A DNA stretch of 64,000 bases, from contig OZ193910.1 in assembly GCA_964276515.1 (NCBI GenBank), forward strand, positions 2,728,001-2,792,000, given 5' to 3'. The notes beneath the pieces were generated by a model that saw nothing but the letters and a program-made list of their open reading frames with translations, ran no database searches and was not told where the DNA came from. The position numbers were made by a program, and so were the translations under genes. Shown piece by piece: positions 1 through 12,779 of the stretch (position 1 is the first letter of the stretch; each line of letters begins with the position of its first letter). The stretch comes from Gordius albopunctatus. Its lineage: Eukaryota.

Positions 1-15
1 GAAACATTTTGATCA

Positions 16-3000
16 TTAAAAAGGTTTTAAGTGAAAGCTTGGTCCAAGTTTAAATTGAGACGCAGTTTTTCACACAACGCAGGTTCAAATGGTAAAAAGG
101 TTTCATCTAAAATATAAATTGTTTATAAAAAAATGATTTAAGTTATAAAAATTGTATTTACTTTTTATTTTGAGGCGTCTTCTGGGTAGCGTTAAGCACC
201 TTATAGTTTCTGCACGCTTGATGATAGCCTTGCGAGCGTGTAGCGTGTTAGTCATATACCCGTTTTTGAGGTTGTGTTTGGCATCTTTGTCTAAATCTTC
301 GAAAAACTCTGGCGAATTTAACAAATTACATTATAAAATTCACGTCATTGATAATTATCGTTTGGTAAAATTTCTTACATCCCGTAGGAAGGTAAAATAC
401 AAATTGGCAGTAAAAAAGGTAAAATTGTTCTATATAATTTAATAAACTAAAACCTATTAAATTTATCAGATAAAAAGCTAATAAACATATCAAAATTTTT
501 CTATTTAGTAATAACCTTAAAAAATTATTAAATAAAAATTTTAACTAAGAATAAATATGATGAGGGAAAGGTAAACTTTTCAATTTTTGAACGTTAGAAA
601 TCATGTCATCTTTGTAGGCGGAGCTTAGGCACAAATCACGATCCATTATCAGGCTATCTAATTGATTCAGCGAAGTCTCGGCCAGCACCAATTTTTGCCT
701 AGCTTCAAGCCTCGCCAATATTTCTTCCTATACATTTAATTTTTGAATTGAAATATTAAAAAATGTTCAAAACTATATTATAGTGCTGTAAAAAGACCGG
801 GGTTTCCTTTAGTCCACCTTTAATGCTAGTCGATTGATTAAGCAACAAGTTTTGGCCTGCTTTTGTTGAATCGGCCCTTAGTTTTAATTGAACCGAAGGT
901 AGACTAAACAAAATCCAGATCTTTGCCAAACACACTACCATATTTTCATATGTGATTAGGTTAGATTGAAAGATGACTTTTTACATTTTTAAGTCAATCT
1001 GACTAGGGAAAAAACTATTAATCCTCCCCTAAAATAAGAATGTGGTAATGCATTTTCACTGTTACTTTTAATTCTTGTTCAGCTATAAATTTTTGCTGCC
1101 AAAGCTCTTTCAAGCACATAACCAATTCGTGGGCTTGATTGGTGTACATTTCCTTTTCTTGATTTAGGAGGTACGAGGTGTTTTGGTTTTCTCGCAATCT
1201 AAAATTCCCCCACAAAAATGTTAAAACTTTGCAGGTTATTTTCATTTTAAAATTACATTAATTCGCTACTGGCTTTTTCCTTGGTTAGAAAATCAATTTT
1301 ATTTTCCACAATCTTTAAGCTGGATTGCAGCCCATTAACGATGGCCGAAAGGGACTGATTCTCCTTAGTTTGCTTATCGCCCCCATCAACTTCCCGACGC
1401 TTGAGTTCTTGCAAGATGTGCCATTTTTCTTGCGTTAAGGTCTGCACACACACACACACACACACAAATTAGGAAATTTTATGTTTGATAACGTTCATAG
1501 AAAAACAAAAATGGACATTCATATCAAAGTTATCATTGAATTTCATAAAACCGTATTACTACTAGAGATGCACCGATACCACTATTTTATGCCGATACCG
1601 ATACCAGCCGATACTTAAGATTTTTTTGCCGATACCGATACCATGCCGATACTTATAATAAAAAAATTTTTTATACTAAAAAATATATGCAAATTAAATA
1701 TTATAAATTAAGTCACATCCAAATTTTGGTAGATCAGAATTTTGACGATAAAACAATTGTAATTATAATTTATAATAATAAATTTTGTTATTAAAATGTT
1801 TCCTTAAATTTGAAGTATTAAAGGAATGTTTGTTTTTGCCCCCACGACTTATTTTAGCTTTGCATAATTCACAGATTACAAATTTTTCATCTGCTGACAC
1901 AACAAAATAACTCCATAGTGTATCTATATCTAAAGAATCCATCTAAGGCTTAATATATAATAATTTTTAAAATAAAACAATATTTACTTAAAAGCGCAGT
2001 TATTCGGAACAGATGGTCAATGAGTTTATTATACTCCACATAGAAATATTTATAGCCAATCAAATGAAACAATTTTCAAAAAATTTAAAAAGTCCTCTAT
2101 TTTTTAATGGTAGGAGATACTATAAATATTATTTTTTGAGTTTCATATTGAAAAAGGTATCGGCTTGGTAATTGCCGATACTAGCAAAGTATCGGGCCGA
2201 TTCTTTTGGCAAGGTATCGGCGCCGATACCATGCCGATACTTGGTATCGGTGCATCTCTAATTACTACACCATGTGTTTTTTTTCGCGAATCTAGCTTTA
2301 AGATAAGATAATTGCTGGTTCACACTAGTGTTGTAAAAATGTTTTGTTTGGTCGTCGTTCCTTTGGTTTTAGTTAATTAAACATAAGCAAACCTAAGGTT
2401 TTTTTGTCTCTTTATGGCTAAGTCGGAGTCTACTACCAGCCATTTTAAGAGTTAGAAATGATATTTTTAAATTATACACTATTTCGATCGATGCATTCGT
2501 ATGCTATAGTTTGCAGGCAGGCAGGCTAAGAGTCACTGATTTTGACATGGTAATAATTTATAAATATTCAAAAATGTCTTGAAATACTGCCAAAAATGTT
2601 TTTAAAAAATGTTGAATAAAAGTTGTAAGCATATTAAAATTTCTATGTCAGCTCTATTTCGACAATTTCACCTCGATGTCTTTTTGCAAGGAATGTATGG
2701 TGGCGTTTAACTTGGGATTATCTTGCTCCAAATTTTCCATAACAACTATCGTATTATCCAATTCACTAAAAGCAGAACAAATTTTTAAAATTAAGTTATA
2801 ATAATTTCAAAAAAGTAAATAAAAATTAATTTTAAAATTAAAAGTAGTAGGCAAAAAACCTTTTAACTTTGTCGTAATTTTCTTTTAAATCTTCAATCAT
2901 CTTTTCCAAATTTTTTTTCTCAGTCTCCAAATCCAAGGCAATCTTTTTCAACTCCTAAAACATTTTTCACATACATATAATTTAATATTATCCTTACGTC

Positions 3001-6000
3001 GTTTTTGTTGATTTCGTTTTGATGCGCCAAAGTTTCACAATGCAATTTCTCTGCAAAAAAATGTTTATTAAAAACTTTAACGGGTGAAATTTGGTAAATT
3101 AAAGGGTTATAAATCAAATATATTAAACTGAAATTTTAACGATTAAAGTGCAAGTTATTGAAGCTTGAAAAAGGCCAAAATCGCTGTTTTTACCAACTTT
3201 AACCCCAAATATTTCAAAAACTTGACATATAGGGAAATAACTGAAAATATATTTGTGCTCATTGTAAAATACTCTACCAGAATCTGCAAACAGTTTACCG
3301 GTTTATTTTATAAGTCCATTATTTGTTGACCAGTTTTATTAACAAAATGTTATTTTACGAGATTAAAATTTTCAAGTTTTTTTGAAAAGCATCAATAAGA
3401 AGTCTACGATTGATGAAATATAGCGGACCTTTGACTTTTTCTTGCTCTTTCCAAAGGTACAAGCCTTGCTTTTCCAACTCTTTTATCAGCGATTCTCCTA
3501 TTTGCGAATTGTGCCAAGTTCTAAAGTAAATTTAAAGATAGTAATTCGCATGGGTGTAGCCAGCATTTGAATCAGAGGGGGGGGGGCAATAATTATTTAA
3601 GGAGGGAAAAAATGATGATCATTTTTTTAAATTTTTGCCATAATTTTAGGAAATTTCAACAAATTTTTTGGATTTAGAGGGGTCAGTCGCCCTTCCCTGC
3701 CCCCACCCAACTACGCCCATGGTAATTCCTAGAGTTGTTAAATTGCTAACTTTCTTCAAACTCCAGACGCGAGCACGCACACTGAGTTGCTTAATATGCG
3801 CGTTAGCACAATATGTGCTCTCTGTTGGGTGCACTAGGTAGAACATTAGCATATAAAAATGCTCGAGGACCGAGCAGAAACTCGAGCAGATGGTAGCTGG
3901 AGTTGAAGAAAGTTAGCAATTTAACAACTCTAGGAATTCCTATGAATTATGTAAGATAAGCGAAAAAATAAAAGTAAAAAAATTTACATCCGACTGGCTT
4001 CTTGCAATTTTTTCAGCCATTTATCCCTCTCCACCACGCTGTCTATCGCTATTATGAAAGGGTGCTAAAACGCCACCGTTAAAAAATTAGTAAAATAAAT
4101 AATATTTTAAAAAATTATCGCAACGTGATGCAATAGAATTTCTTAACAAAGTCAATAATCCACACTGAAAAAATATTTTAAATATTAATTCCAAATTCAT
4201 AAAATCGGTAATAAATCTACAAATTTTTTACACTTTTCAACAGCAGAATCAAATGGTGGAAGAGACAGGGCGGGCCCTCTCAAAAAGTAAATAGTAAAGG
4301 GCAGGCACTTTATATAAAAATAAGCTTTACTTATTTAATCCTGAAAATTAAATTATAACAAAATGCCATTTTTTATCTAACTTACCACCAATTCGTCGCT
4401 CTTAATGGAGATGGCTTGTTTATGATTTTGTGCCAGCGGCTCTATAACGCAATGTCCCAAAGCTATCAGGCCCTTATATAAAACATAAAGAGCAAAGATA
4501 TTAATTTTAATGTGAAATAATTATTAATCGGAATATATATAAATCTGTCGGGCCAATAAACAATAATTGATATTGGCCTCAAGCGAGGGCCAATAAACAA
4601 TAATTGATATTGGCCTCAAGCGAGGTCATAAGATTAAAGCCACCCAGTGGTTGTTACATTATCATCAAGTCTATCTATTTGCGAAAGCAAAACAAAAGTC
4701 TTTTACGCAAGTCAACACTTCACCCACAGACATTAAGAAGCCTCGTAAGTTTCCGCGGCGATTATTCAAAAATTACGAGTTGGAAACGACTTTTATATAA
4801 ATGTTTTCGTTCTTGTATCTTTTTATTAATTCCACTCAATATTTAATACTTTTTATTTAATAAAGCATGTCAATTCAAAAAAAAAAAAATAAAAGGGAGC
4901 CCATAAATTGCACAAAAATATCCACAAAAAACGACGAGTTGGGGCCGACGGTAGGGCCAATTGTGGTCGATAGTTGAATATAAACAGTTTTTATAATCCC
5001 TTAGACACACCACTCGGAATAATTGATTTTAAATTTTCTTCTTTGCAATATATGAAAACAACGCATTTTCGTAATTTCACCAGAGCCAATCGTTATTTTT
5101 AATCCTAAAATTATTTTCACGCAAAGATGAATAGTTAAGGTGGTCGTTTTAAAGACGGTCTTGTTGTAGTTGGTTGATTGGTTTTGAGGTGAATTTAAAC
5201 CTCCAATTTACTAATACGTCACATGATCATAGACTAAAGTACCGATGGTCATTCCGCCATTTTGAAATGTGCACTAATAAGGGAAGGGGACGTATAGATT
5301 ATGGCAAATATTTGGTTAATCAAAGTGTTACCGTAATAACAAAATTTTTTGAACTATTTAAACATCCCAAACAGCGTTTTAAAATAACTATTCTTTACGA
5401 AAGTCATAAAAATATACCGCGGTGATGGGTAGAGTTGTTAAATTGCTAACTTTCTTTAACTCCAGCTACCATCTGCTCGAGTTTCTGCTCGGTCCTCGAG
5501 CATTTTTACATGCTACTGCTCTACCTAGTTCACCGAACAGAGAGCGCATATTCTGCTAAAGCGCATATTAAGCAACTCAGTGTGCGTGCTCGCGTCTAGA
5601 GTTTGAAGAAAGTTAGCAATTTAACAACTCTAGTGATGGGGTGATGTTAAAGCAATTTAGTGCCATCTACATTTTTTATACGACGATCATCATTCTCGTA
5701 AACATTTTTTGCATTTTGTAGCAAGGTAAATTCCCCTTTTTCTGCTCGAGGGAACGGTTAAATTCATGGGCCTACCCAGGGGTAACTGCCCCCCACCCAC
5801 CCACTCGTAAATCCAAAAAATCTTAAAATTTTATATAATTATGGCTAAAATTTCAAAAAATCTCATTATTGCCCGCCCGCCCGCCCCCTCTAAATACAAA
5901 CCTCGCTAAGCTACCTCATGGTTAAATTAACAAACTTTGTCGTCCGTATGAAATAACGCGATTTCTATTAAACGTAGAAAACGTCCTATTTTTCCAACAT

Positions 6001-6339
6001 TATTGTGAGAAATCCAAAAATAAAGTTAACTTTAGAATTTGGTACACGCATAATTGCTCAGTATTTCTAAAGGAGTTGCCAAGTTTATTTTAACGATTTC
6101 CCAATTTTCATAAGATTTCACCCAAAGTCGTATTTAGGCTAAAGTTAACTAAGCACAGAATATTAGAATTTTTAAAGGAGATTAGATTAAGGATATCGCT
6201 CTTAGTTAAACCATACGAATAAAATTAATTTTAAAAAAGTTTTACTTTTGGATGTGGGTTGAATTGTTTTCTTTTTTCAAATTCTTTTCTCTCGCTCTCG
6301 GGGTAGTAAAACAAGTAACCATCTCGGATGACGAAAAAC
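16..6339 (-). CDS. PLEKHD1: PLEKHD1-like PH domain + coiled-coil protein, at least 12 exons, first coding exon(s) not located
   Basis: GT-AG exons that join in frame: 6339-6246 (FFVIRDGYLFYYPESERKEFEKRKQFNPHPK), 4472-4386 (GLIALGHCVIEP), 4064-3988 (ERDKWLKKLQEASR), 3520-3429 (TWHNSQIGESLIKELEKQGLYL), 3050-2998, 2954-2860, 2765-2672, 1441-1257, 1198-1066, 727-577, 308-162, 106-16. These match recalled PLEKHD1 motifs ([41 protein letters not shown]). The last exon is the least certain. Confidence 0.85.
1563..2260 (-). mobile_element. Non-autonomous hAT deletion derivative retaining a BED zinc finger, in a PLEKHD1 intron
   Basis: TIRs TAGAGATGCACCGATAC / GTATCGGTGCATCTCTA, perfect 8-bp TSD ATTACTAC and subterminal GCCGATAC repeats. 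Minus strand 1942-~1793 reads MDSLDIDTLWSYFVV..CELCKAKISRGG..NTSNLRKH. Confidence 0.9.
3549..3721. mobile_element. hAT-type MITE family C (CATGGGCGTAG TIRs, ~170 bp)
   Basis: TIR CATGGGTGTAG..CTACGCCCATG with near TSD GTAATTCG/GTAATTCC. Related copies lie near 5765 (TSD GTTAAATT), 6453, 12937, 14324 (TSD GTTATTTT), 15048, 16422, 30141, 48100, 51577, 51878, 60659 and 63248. Confidence 0.8.
3730..3932. mobile_element. hAT-type MITE family A, copy 1 (~203 bp)
   Basis: ~35-bp TIR TAGAGTTGTTAAATTGCTAACTTTCTTCAA..; TSD GTAATTCC/GGAATTCC. Confidence 0.9.
4550..4626. repeat. 37-bp tandem duplication with hairpin potential
   Basis: GGGCCAATAAACAATAATTGATATTGGCCTCAAGCGA occurs twice, with an internal GGCCAATA/TATTGGCC inverted pair. 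Confidence 0.8.
5430..5632. mobile_element. MITE family A, copy 2 (opposite orientation)
   Basis: Same TIRs as copy 1; perfect TSD GTGATGGG. Confidence 0.92.
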
Positions 6340-7323
6340 CTTTGATTATTCAAGTAAATTATATCTAATTTACAGCATTTTTAAATAAATTATCAACCCA
6401 AACAATAATTTAAATAAATAAAAATTTGCACAATTTAAAAGAGGCCAGGCCGATGGGCGTATCCAGCAATGGGATTAGAGGGGGGGGGGGTCAAAATGAT
6501 CATTTGTTGAAATATTTTGGCCATAATTTTACAAAAATTTCAACAAATCTTTGGATTTAGAGGGGGCAGCCGCCCCTCATTGCCCCCCCCCCCGGCTATG
6601 CCCGTGATCCGAAATCAATTGTGCGGCATGGGGAAGGTGTCTTTACTTAATCTAAAAAATAGCTTTTGACACCTCCTTTGGAGCTGAGCAGCCATAAATA
6701 CATTTGTGATGCAGAAATATGCCAAAATTTATAATTCACATTTATATCATGAAAATATGTTTTTCTTTTCAATTAATCCCGATTTTTAAGCATTAGATTA
6801 TGTATTTTAAATTAATTTTATTAGAGAGGAAATAACAACCAGGGCAACCAACAACCTCTTGAAAGAATTAAACGTAGAGTGAACCATATTATGAAATGAG
6901 CAGTAATAGAATTGTTATTTAATATAATAATTGTTATTTACAAAACTTCGAATCCTTTTTAGATTTATTTCAAAAACTTTTTTGCATAAAGGCTAGTCTG
7001 TATACATAGTAAAGAAAAAATTGAGAGTTAGCCATGGCTTCATGGGCCTAGCCTCGGAATTTGTAAAAAAGGTTGGCTTTTGTTTTGTCCACCTTTGGTC
7101 TTTAGGAATACTAAACACGCACGGACCAAAGATTTTTTGCTCTGTATTTTAGGGAGGAGTGGCCATATTTTACAAAAATTGCAACAAATTTTTCGATTTT
7201 ATGACTTTAAACCTATTTTTACTCTTTAATTTCATCTACCAAGTATAGGAGTTGTTGTAAAGTTACGAAACCATACATGATGGGATGGGGGTGACGGATG
7301 ATGGGCAAGGATATTATGAAGGG

Positions 7324-7526
7324 TAGAGTTGTTAAATTGCTAACTTTCTTCAAACTCCAGACGCGAGCACGCACACTAAGTTGCTTAATATGCGCGTTAG
7401 CACAATATGTGCTCTCTGTTCGGTGCATTAGGCAGAGCAGTAGCATATAAAAATGCTCGAGGGCCGAGCAGAAACTCGAGCAGATGGTAGCTGGAGTTGA
7501 AGAAAGTTAGCAATTTAACAACTCTA
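7324..7526. mobile_element. MITE family A, copy 3
   Basis: Same TIRs; perfect TSD ATGAAGGG. Confidence 0.92.
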
Positions 7527-8754
7527 ATGAAGGGAAAAGCGAGAGGATCCTTTTTAAAATTTTTACCCATAATTTTATTAACTTTGAGCAAATATTTTAA
7601 ATCCAGCGGAGGGAGTAGCCGCCCCTGGCTAAGCACACGAAACCATAGATTAGATAACAAAAAAATATGCTTTTAACCGCGTATAACCGACCGACCGACC
7701 GACAAACGCTGTGTAGACAGTAAAACGGTGAATTTCATTATTCTGAGATAAGGGAATTATGTGTCGTCGTTGCGTGCAGTAATCTATTCTTCTAAATTGA
7801 CGAGTAATTGTTATGGCTGAGCCCACGGGCTTTTAAGGCATATTTATTGCTACGCAATTTATGGGCTCACTTCTGGTTGTCCGTCCGTCCGTCCGTCCAA
7901 AGCGTAATTTTGCAATAATTGCCGTGGGAACTTATAGGGGTTTTAAAGGGCGCTTCTGTAAAAGACTTTCATTTTGCTTTCGCAAATACACGCTAGCTAA
8001 TGACCGCTGGCAATACTTCAAGAGTGAATTCGATCCTAAGCATATAAAAAAAAAATAATTCTCCGACGGGAGTCTCAAAAATTCTCCAAATATCGCGTTG
8101 CTCAACTGGCAAGAAATCCAAAAATTATTTAAAATTCCCTCCCCCAAATCATCATTGCCCTCCCCTCATAATTTTAATGTAGGCCCATGGCCGTTGGCTA
8201 AGTTAGCTCAAACATTCGAGCCTAAAAAATAAAAAAGATGAACCCTTATGTATGCAATGCTATTCGGTACACCGCAAAAAAGTACGTAGTACAATGAGCT
8301 TTCTCTCCTTTTCCCGTCTTATTTTTGGTAAAAAGTATGCCAAAAACAGGCTTATTTCGAAAGAGACGAATACTTTGGAGCAAACTAGGTGCAACAAGTT
8401 GTCACATTTGTCGACTCGATAACTAGGTCGCGTCGCGAAACTTCAATATAAACGTCAGGGAACATGCCATGCCTAATATGCATCATCCCGAATCTTTAAA
8501 AAAGTCAAAATTTGCAAACTACAAAGAAAGCGTGCTGCAACAATAATATTAATTTAAGAAAATTTCATTTACAAATGAAATTTTTGATTGATTGACTACT
8601 TTTTTAAGGGCTTTCGTTACGTGATATAATTATAGTTTAGCGTTACTTTGTTTTGATATATGCCTCAAACATGGCGCCCTACACATTCACTTGAAAAATG
8701 GTCAACTTTTTGCCAATCCGCCCTATTATTAATCTGTGCTATAAACTACTAGAC

Positions 8755-8955
8755 TAGTGCTGTTAAATTGCTAAGTTTCTTCAAACTCCAAACGCGAGCA
8801 CGCACACTGAGTTGCTTAATATGCGCGTTAACACAATATGTGCTCGCTGTTTGGTGCACTAGGTAGAACAGTAGCATATAAAAATGCTCGAGGGCCGAGC
8901 AGAAACTCGAGCAGATGGTAGCTGGAGTTGAAGAAAGTTAGCAACTTCAACTCTA
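8755..8955. mobile_element. MITE family A, copy 4
   Basis: Same internal sequence with slightly decayed TIRs. Confidence 0.88.
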
Positions 8956-9766
8956 CTACTAGTGTTGCAAAAATGCCCTGGTTTCATTTGGTCAAAGCCT
9001 TGCTCCCGTTTTCGCAACACTAGTATAAACAAAATAAACTCTCGACCAAGCTTAGAATTGGATAGGACCTCAAAGGTCTCTCTCGTTTAAAGATCCAAGG
9101 TTCTCACTCAATTCAATCCTGGCATTTGGAAAAAGCAGAAGCAAGTGCCCCCCCAAACTTTATACAATTATTTTGGTAATAATAAGTAATGTTATTATGG
9201 TGAAAAATCATCCAATTTAAAAATCCTGACTCAGCCCACCTAAATATACATTTAAGAGGATGTTATAAAAATTATGACACAACAACATGGCTATTTAAAG
9301 GCCAAATATTGATATTTCTTGCGCGGTTAGGATAAAAAAGATTGTCAAAAATATTATTTTAGAGTGGCTGAGGAGGCGATAAACGACATAAGATTCCACT
9401 GCAAAGTTCTTAAAAAATCTATTATTTCATAAACTTTATACAATGGGCGTGCCGGGGCCTTTAAATACAATGAATTGTGGAATTTTATTAAAATTATGGC
9501 TAAAAGCCCCCCCCCCAAATAATTAATTTCAATGCTGACTACACCCGTGGCATTCAGATCTACTATTTTCCCACGTAGAACTTGCAAATTTAGCGCGACA
9601 ATATCAATAAAGAATGGGACCTTCCCCTTCCGCAATCTCCCTTCGAGTCCGAGAGCTGCTTCACCTAAAACGCAAACAGAATTCAAGCTCCTCTAATCCA
9701 AACCGATTTTGCCGAAATACGTAGGCACTTTCGAATTCGCTGCTTCAGAAAACTACTACTATTCCC

Positions 9767-10918
9767 ATGGAGGCCCTCGACGCGGAAAAAAAGGATTTCA
9801 AAAATCTTCGAGGATTCTTGCTTAAGCAACGAGAACCCGCGTCTGCTGTTCAAAATTGGTATGGCGGTGTTGGTCGCAGAAGAAGGACGAGCGCCATCTA
9901 TTGGGTTTACTACGGGGTAACCGTGCTAATTTTTACGGCTTTCATACGAGAATACATGAGGGTAGAAGAGCTGGGTATGATCCTGGCCAATTGCGCCGTC
10001 GAAAAGCATTCTATAAATTCGCAAATGGACATACTCTACGAACAGAGGGTAAGCCAAATACATGATTGTAGCTAGGAGGAGAAGGCACCCGCCCGTCCCT
10101 CTTACTAATTTTTGTGGCAAAAATTCTTTAAATTTAACCTAATTAGGGTTAAAATTTACAAAAAAAAATTTCATTTACCAACAAATAATTTTTATGCGCA
10201 CGTACAGATGAGCTTGAAGACTTTGATAGAGCGGGAGCGGGAAATATACCAGAAGATGAAGCAAGATTGGGAACAGGACAAGGGGCTAACCGCCCAAAAA
10301 CTTGCGAAATGCGATGCTAATCTCAAAAAAACGACGAAAAAATTGAACGAATTCACCAATAAATTACAGGTAACTTTAGCACTAACATCACTAAAGCGAA
10401 TCCCTTCAGTTCTTATTTTATTATGTTTTATTTACTTTAACAGTTTTATTTTTAATTTTTCGATTTGATATTTATAATTTTCTTTGGAGCTAGTGTTGTA
10501 AAAAGCTCTGGATTTTAAGGGACCAAAACCTTTGGTCTAGTTTCTGGTTTTTGTTTAAACCGAAAAAAGTCGAAGCCAGGCCTTAGATCCCTTATGCTAT
10601 TTTAATCCCCCCCCCGTCTCTTACTAATTTTGCTTAAACGTTATACAGGTCTTGAAAACTAGTTGTGCCAAGGAGAAAAAGGTTTTGAAAGAAACGTTAG
10701 CAATCAAGCAAGCGAACGATTTGAAAGCCAAATTGGGTCCGTTGACTCAGAGTTTGGCAAAGTACCGAGCCGATGCGGATATTTTAAAGGCCAAAGTCAA
10801 GGCCTGTGCGCTTCGAGAAAATTCGATATCACAGAGATTAGCTAAAGCTCGTGCCGCCACAACAACTACTGCGGTACCTACGAAAAAATTGCCCCTCAAC
10901 AACGATGAATTTATATGA
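9767..10918 (+). CDS. GOLIM4/GPP130-like type II membrane coiled-coil protein, 3 exons
   Basis: Exons 9767-10048, 10208-10369 and 10649-10918, with phase-0 GT-AG introns. A basic RRRR is followed by a TM segment (AIYWVYYGVTVLIFTAFI). SINSQMDILYEQRMSLKTLIERERE..KMKQDW resembles recalled GOLIM4 SLSAQLQVVYEHRSRLEKSLQKERLE..KAKEDF. Confidence 0.7.
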
Positions 10919-12127
10919 TTTTAATGTTACCTAATAAATACTTGTGGACTCATCATACCTTATAAAAATACCGCGTGTAGAGGGCAAAACTAGCCTAAAC
11001 AGACCTACGGTTTTTTTGGTGTCTGGTCTTCTAACTCGACTCCTAGCCTTAGTCTAAACCGTGAAAAACAACCCAGAGTCGAACGCTAGTCTTAATTGAA
11101 CCAAAAACCCGTTTTTTAAAGAACTAAACGCTATTATGCCCCCCTTTCCCAATGTCTCGCTCATCTCAAATATCAGCGATAGGTCGGCCAGCCAGTCTAT
11201 TAAATTACTATAAGGTATGATGGGTGCTTTTCAACTCAAAATATTTTTAAATATCTTTAAAATATCCAAATTTGCCAAAATTAATTGCTAATGGGCTCGC
11301 TTCTAGTTGTCCTGTCCGTCCAACTTGAAATTTATGAATAAATGCCCTTGAAACTTATCTGAGCTTTTAATGGCTGTTATGCTCTTCTGTAAAATACTTT
11401 TATTTTGCTTTGCAAATCCACGAGTCTCTTCTTTGGCATTTTGACATGTTAGGCGACTATAGCTTAAAATGATTCTGGACTTGTGCCAAGTTTAATTTCC
11501 AAACCAATTAAGGATATTTAAAGGGAGAACGATAATGAAAAGTGTGATTATATAAATAAAAATCCTTTCTTTGATCAAAACGTTCTACCTTTTAGAAAGC
11601 TGGAGAGTGGCGGCGGATGGGGGGGGGGACAAAGGAAAAAGCTTCTGCGCAAAAAACTCTTTATCTCGCACAAAGGTGTTGTTTATCTTAGTAGGCGGTG
11701 GTGATCCTTTTTGTAAAAAAATAGCAAAATTTTCTCTTACAAACATATGGTGGTGAAAATAAACAAGTTTTGTAAGAAAATCAAATTTCGAAAATTACAA
11801 GTATGGCGCCTGGCGGAGGAGAAATCCTCAAAGTGGCTGTCCAATTCGAAAGTTCACCACGAAAAAGGTAGATATTTCAATCTTTTGAAATAACTGAAAA
11901 ATTTAAGGCCCTGCACATACATTCTATATTCTACTAGTGTTGTAACAAGGGATGGTTTAACTAAGGCTAACGCTTGCTTGACTCTGGGTCTGTTTTTCAA
12001 ATTTCGACTAAGCCTCTTGGTCGTCTAAGAAAAAGAGACCAAGAAATCCTTAGTTTGTTTATGAGGCCGACAGCACCACTACATTCTTATACGGCACAAG
12101 GATGTGGTAGGGTATAATAATCCCCTA

Positions 12128-12461
12128 CAGTCGAAACTTCTTAATCGCAAATCGGATTATCGTAAAAAATCTTTTAATCGCGAAGTTAACCGCCATTTTG
12201 TTTTTCACGATAATATTAGCAAAAACATCGTTTATTGACAAATCGCTTAATAGTACAATATCGGATACTCACAAACATTTTCGAGTCCTTAAATCAACCA
12301 GATAATAATTATATAAAATATCGTTATATTGCGAAGCGTAAGAATGGAATATTTAATATAATGTACATATATACTTTGTTCCCCATCGTTTAATCGCGAA
12401 ATATCGGTTAAGCGCGAATTTTTTTCAGGCCCAAGGCTTTGCAATTAAACGGTTTTGACTG
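12128..12461. mobile_element. Tc1/mariner/pogo-like MITE
   Basis: TA-flanked TIRs CAGTCGAAAC..GTTTTGACTG and internal TTAATCGCGAA repeats. Confidence 0.75.
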
Positions 12462-12562
12462 TATTTCCTAAGTCCTGCTCCATACAGACAACTAGGAGGA
12501 CCTTGATACACTTAATATCGCGTTCAAAACGTTTAATTTAAAGACTTTAAAAACAAAAAAAA

Positions 12563-12779
12563 TTACACGAGAGTATTCGTGGGGTATAATCATACCCCAC
12601 GAGTCTATATCTTAAAAAGTATTAGGCCAAAACCTATGAAATTTTCACCTAACCTAGTTCTTGATAAAATATTAAGCTACTGAAAAGACCAAATTCATTA
12701 GACTTAAATTGCGTTTTATATTTTAATTTATAATTTGCGTGGGGTATGGAAATACCCCACGAATACTCTCGAGGGTTAA
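12563..12779. mobile_element. piggyBac-like MITE
   Basis: Inverted CGAGAGTATTCGTGGGGTAT / ATACCCCACGAATACTCTCG. The right end is GGG-TTAA and the left end is decayed. Internal GTGGGGTAT..ATACCCCAC hairpins at both ends. Confidence 0.6.

Noticed and set aside
3646..3852. Short ORFs inside MITE A (also 7219-7660 and 61602-61832)
   Set aside because: Incidental frames of a non-coding repeat, broken differently in each copy.
6660..8390. Candidate first exons of PLEKHD1 (~6690, ~6880, ~8340 on minus)
   Set aside because: Several phase-2 options exist and none shows a convincing G.L.K..KW motif, so the 5' end is left unresolved.
11803..11867. ELMO-like N-terminus MAPGGGEILKVAVQF
   Set aside because: All three frames are open here and no downstream ELMO exons were found.
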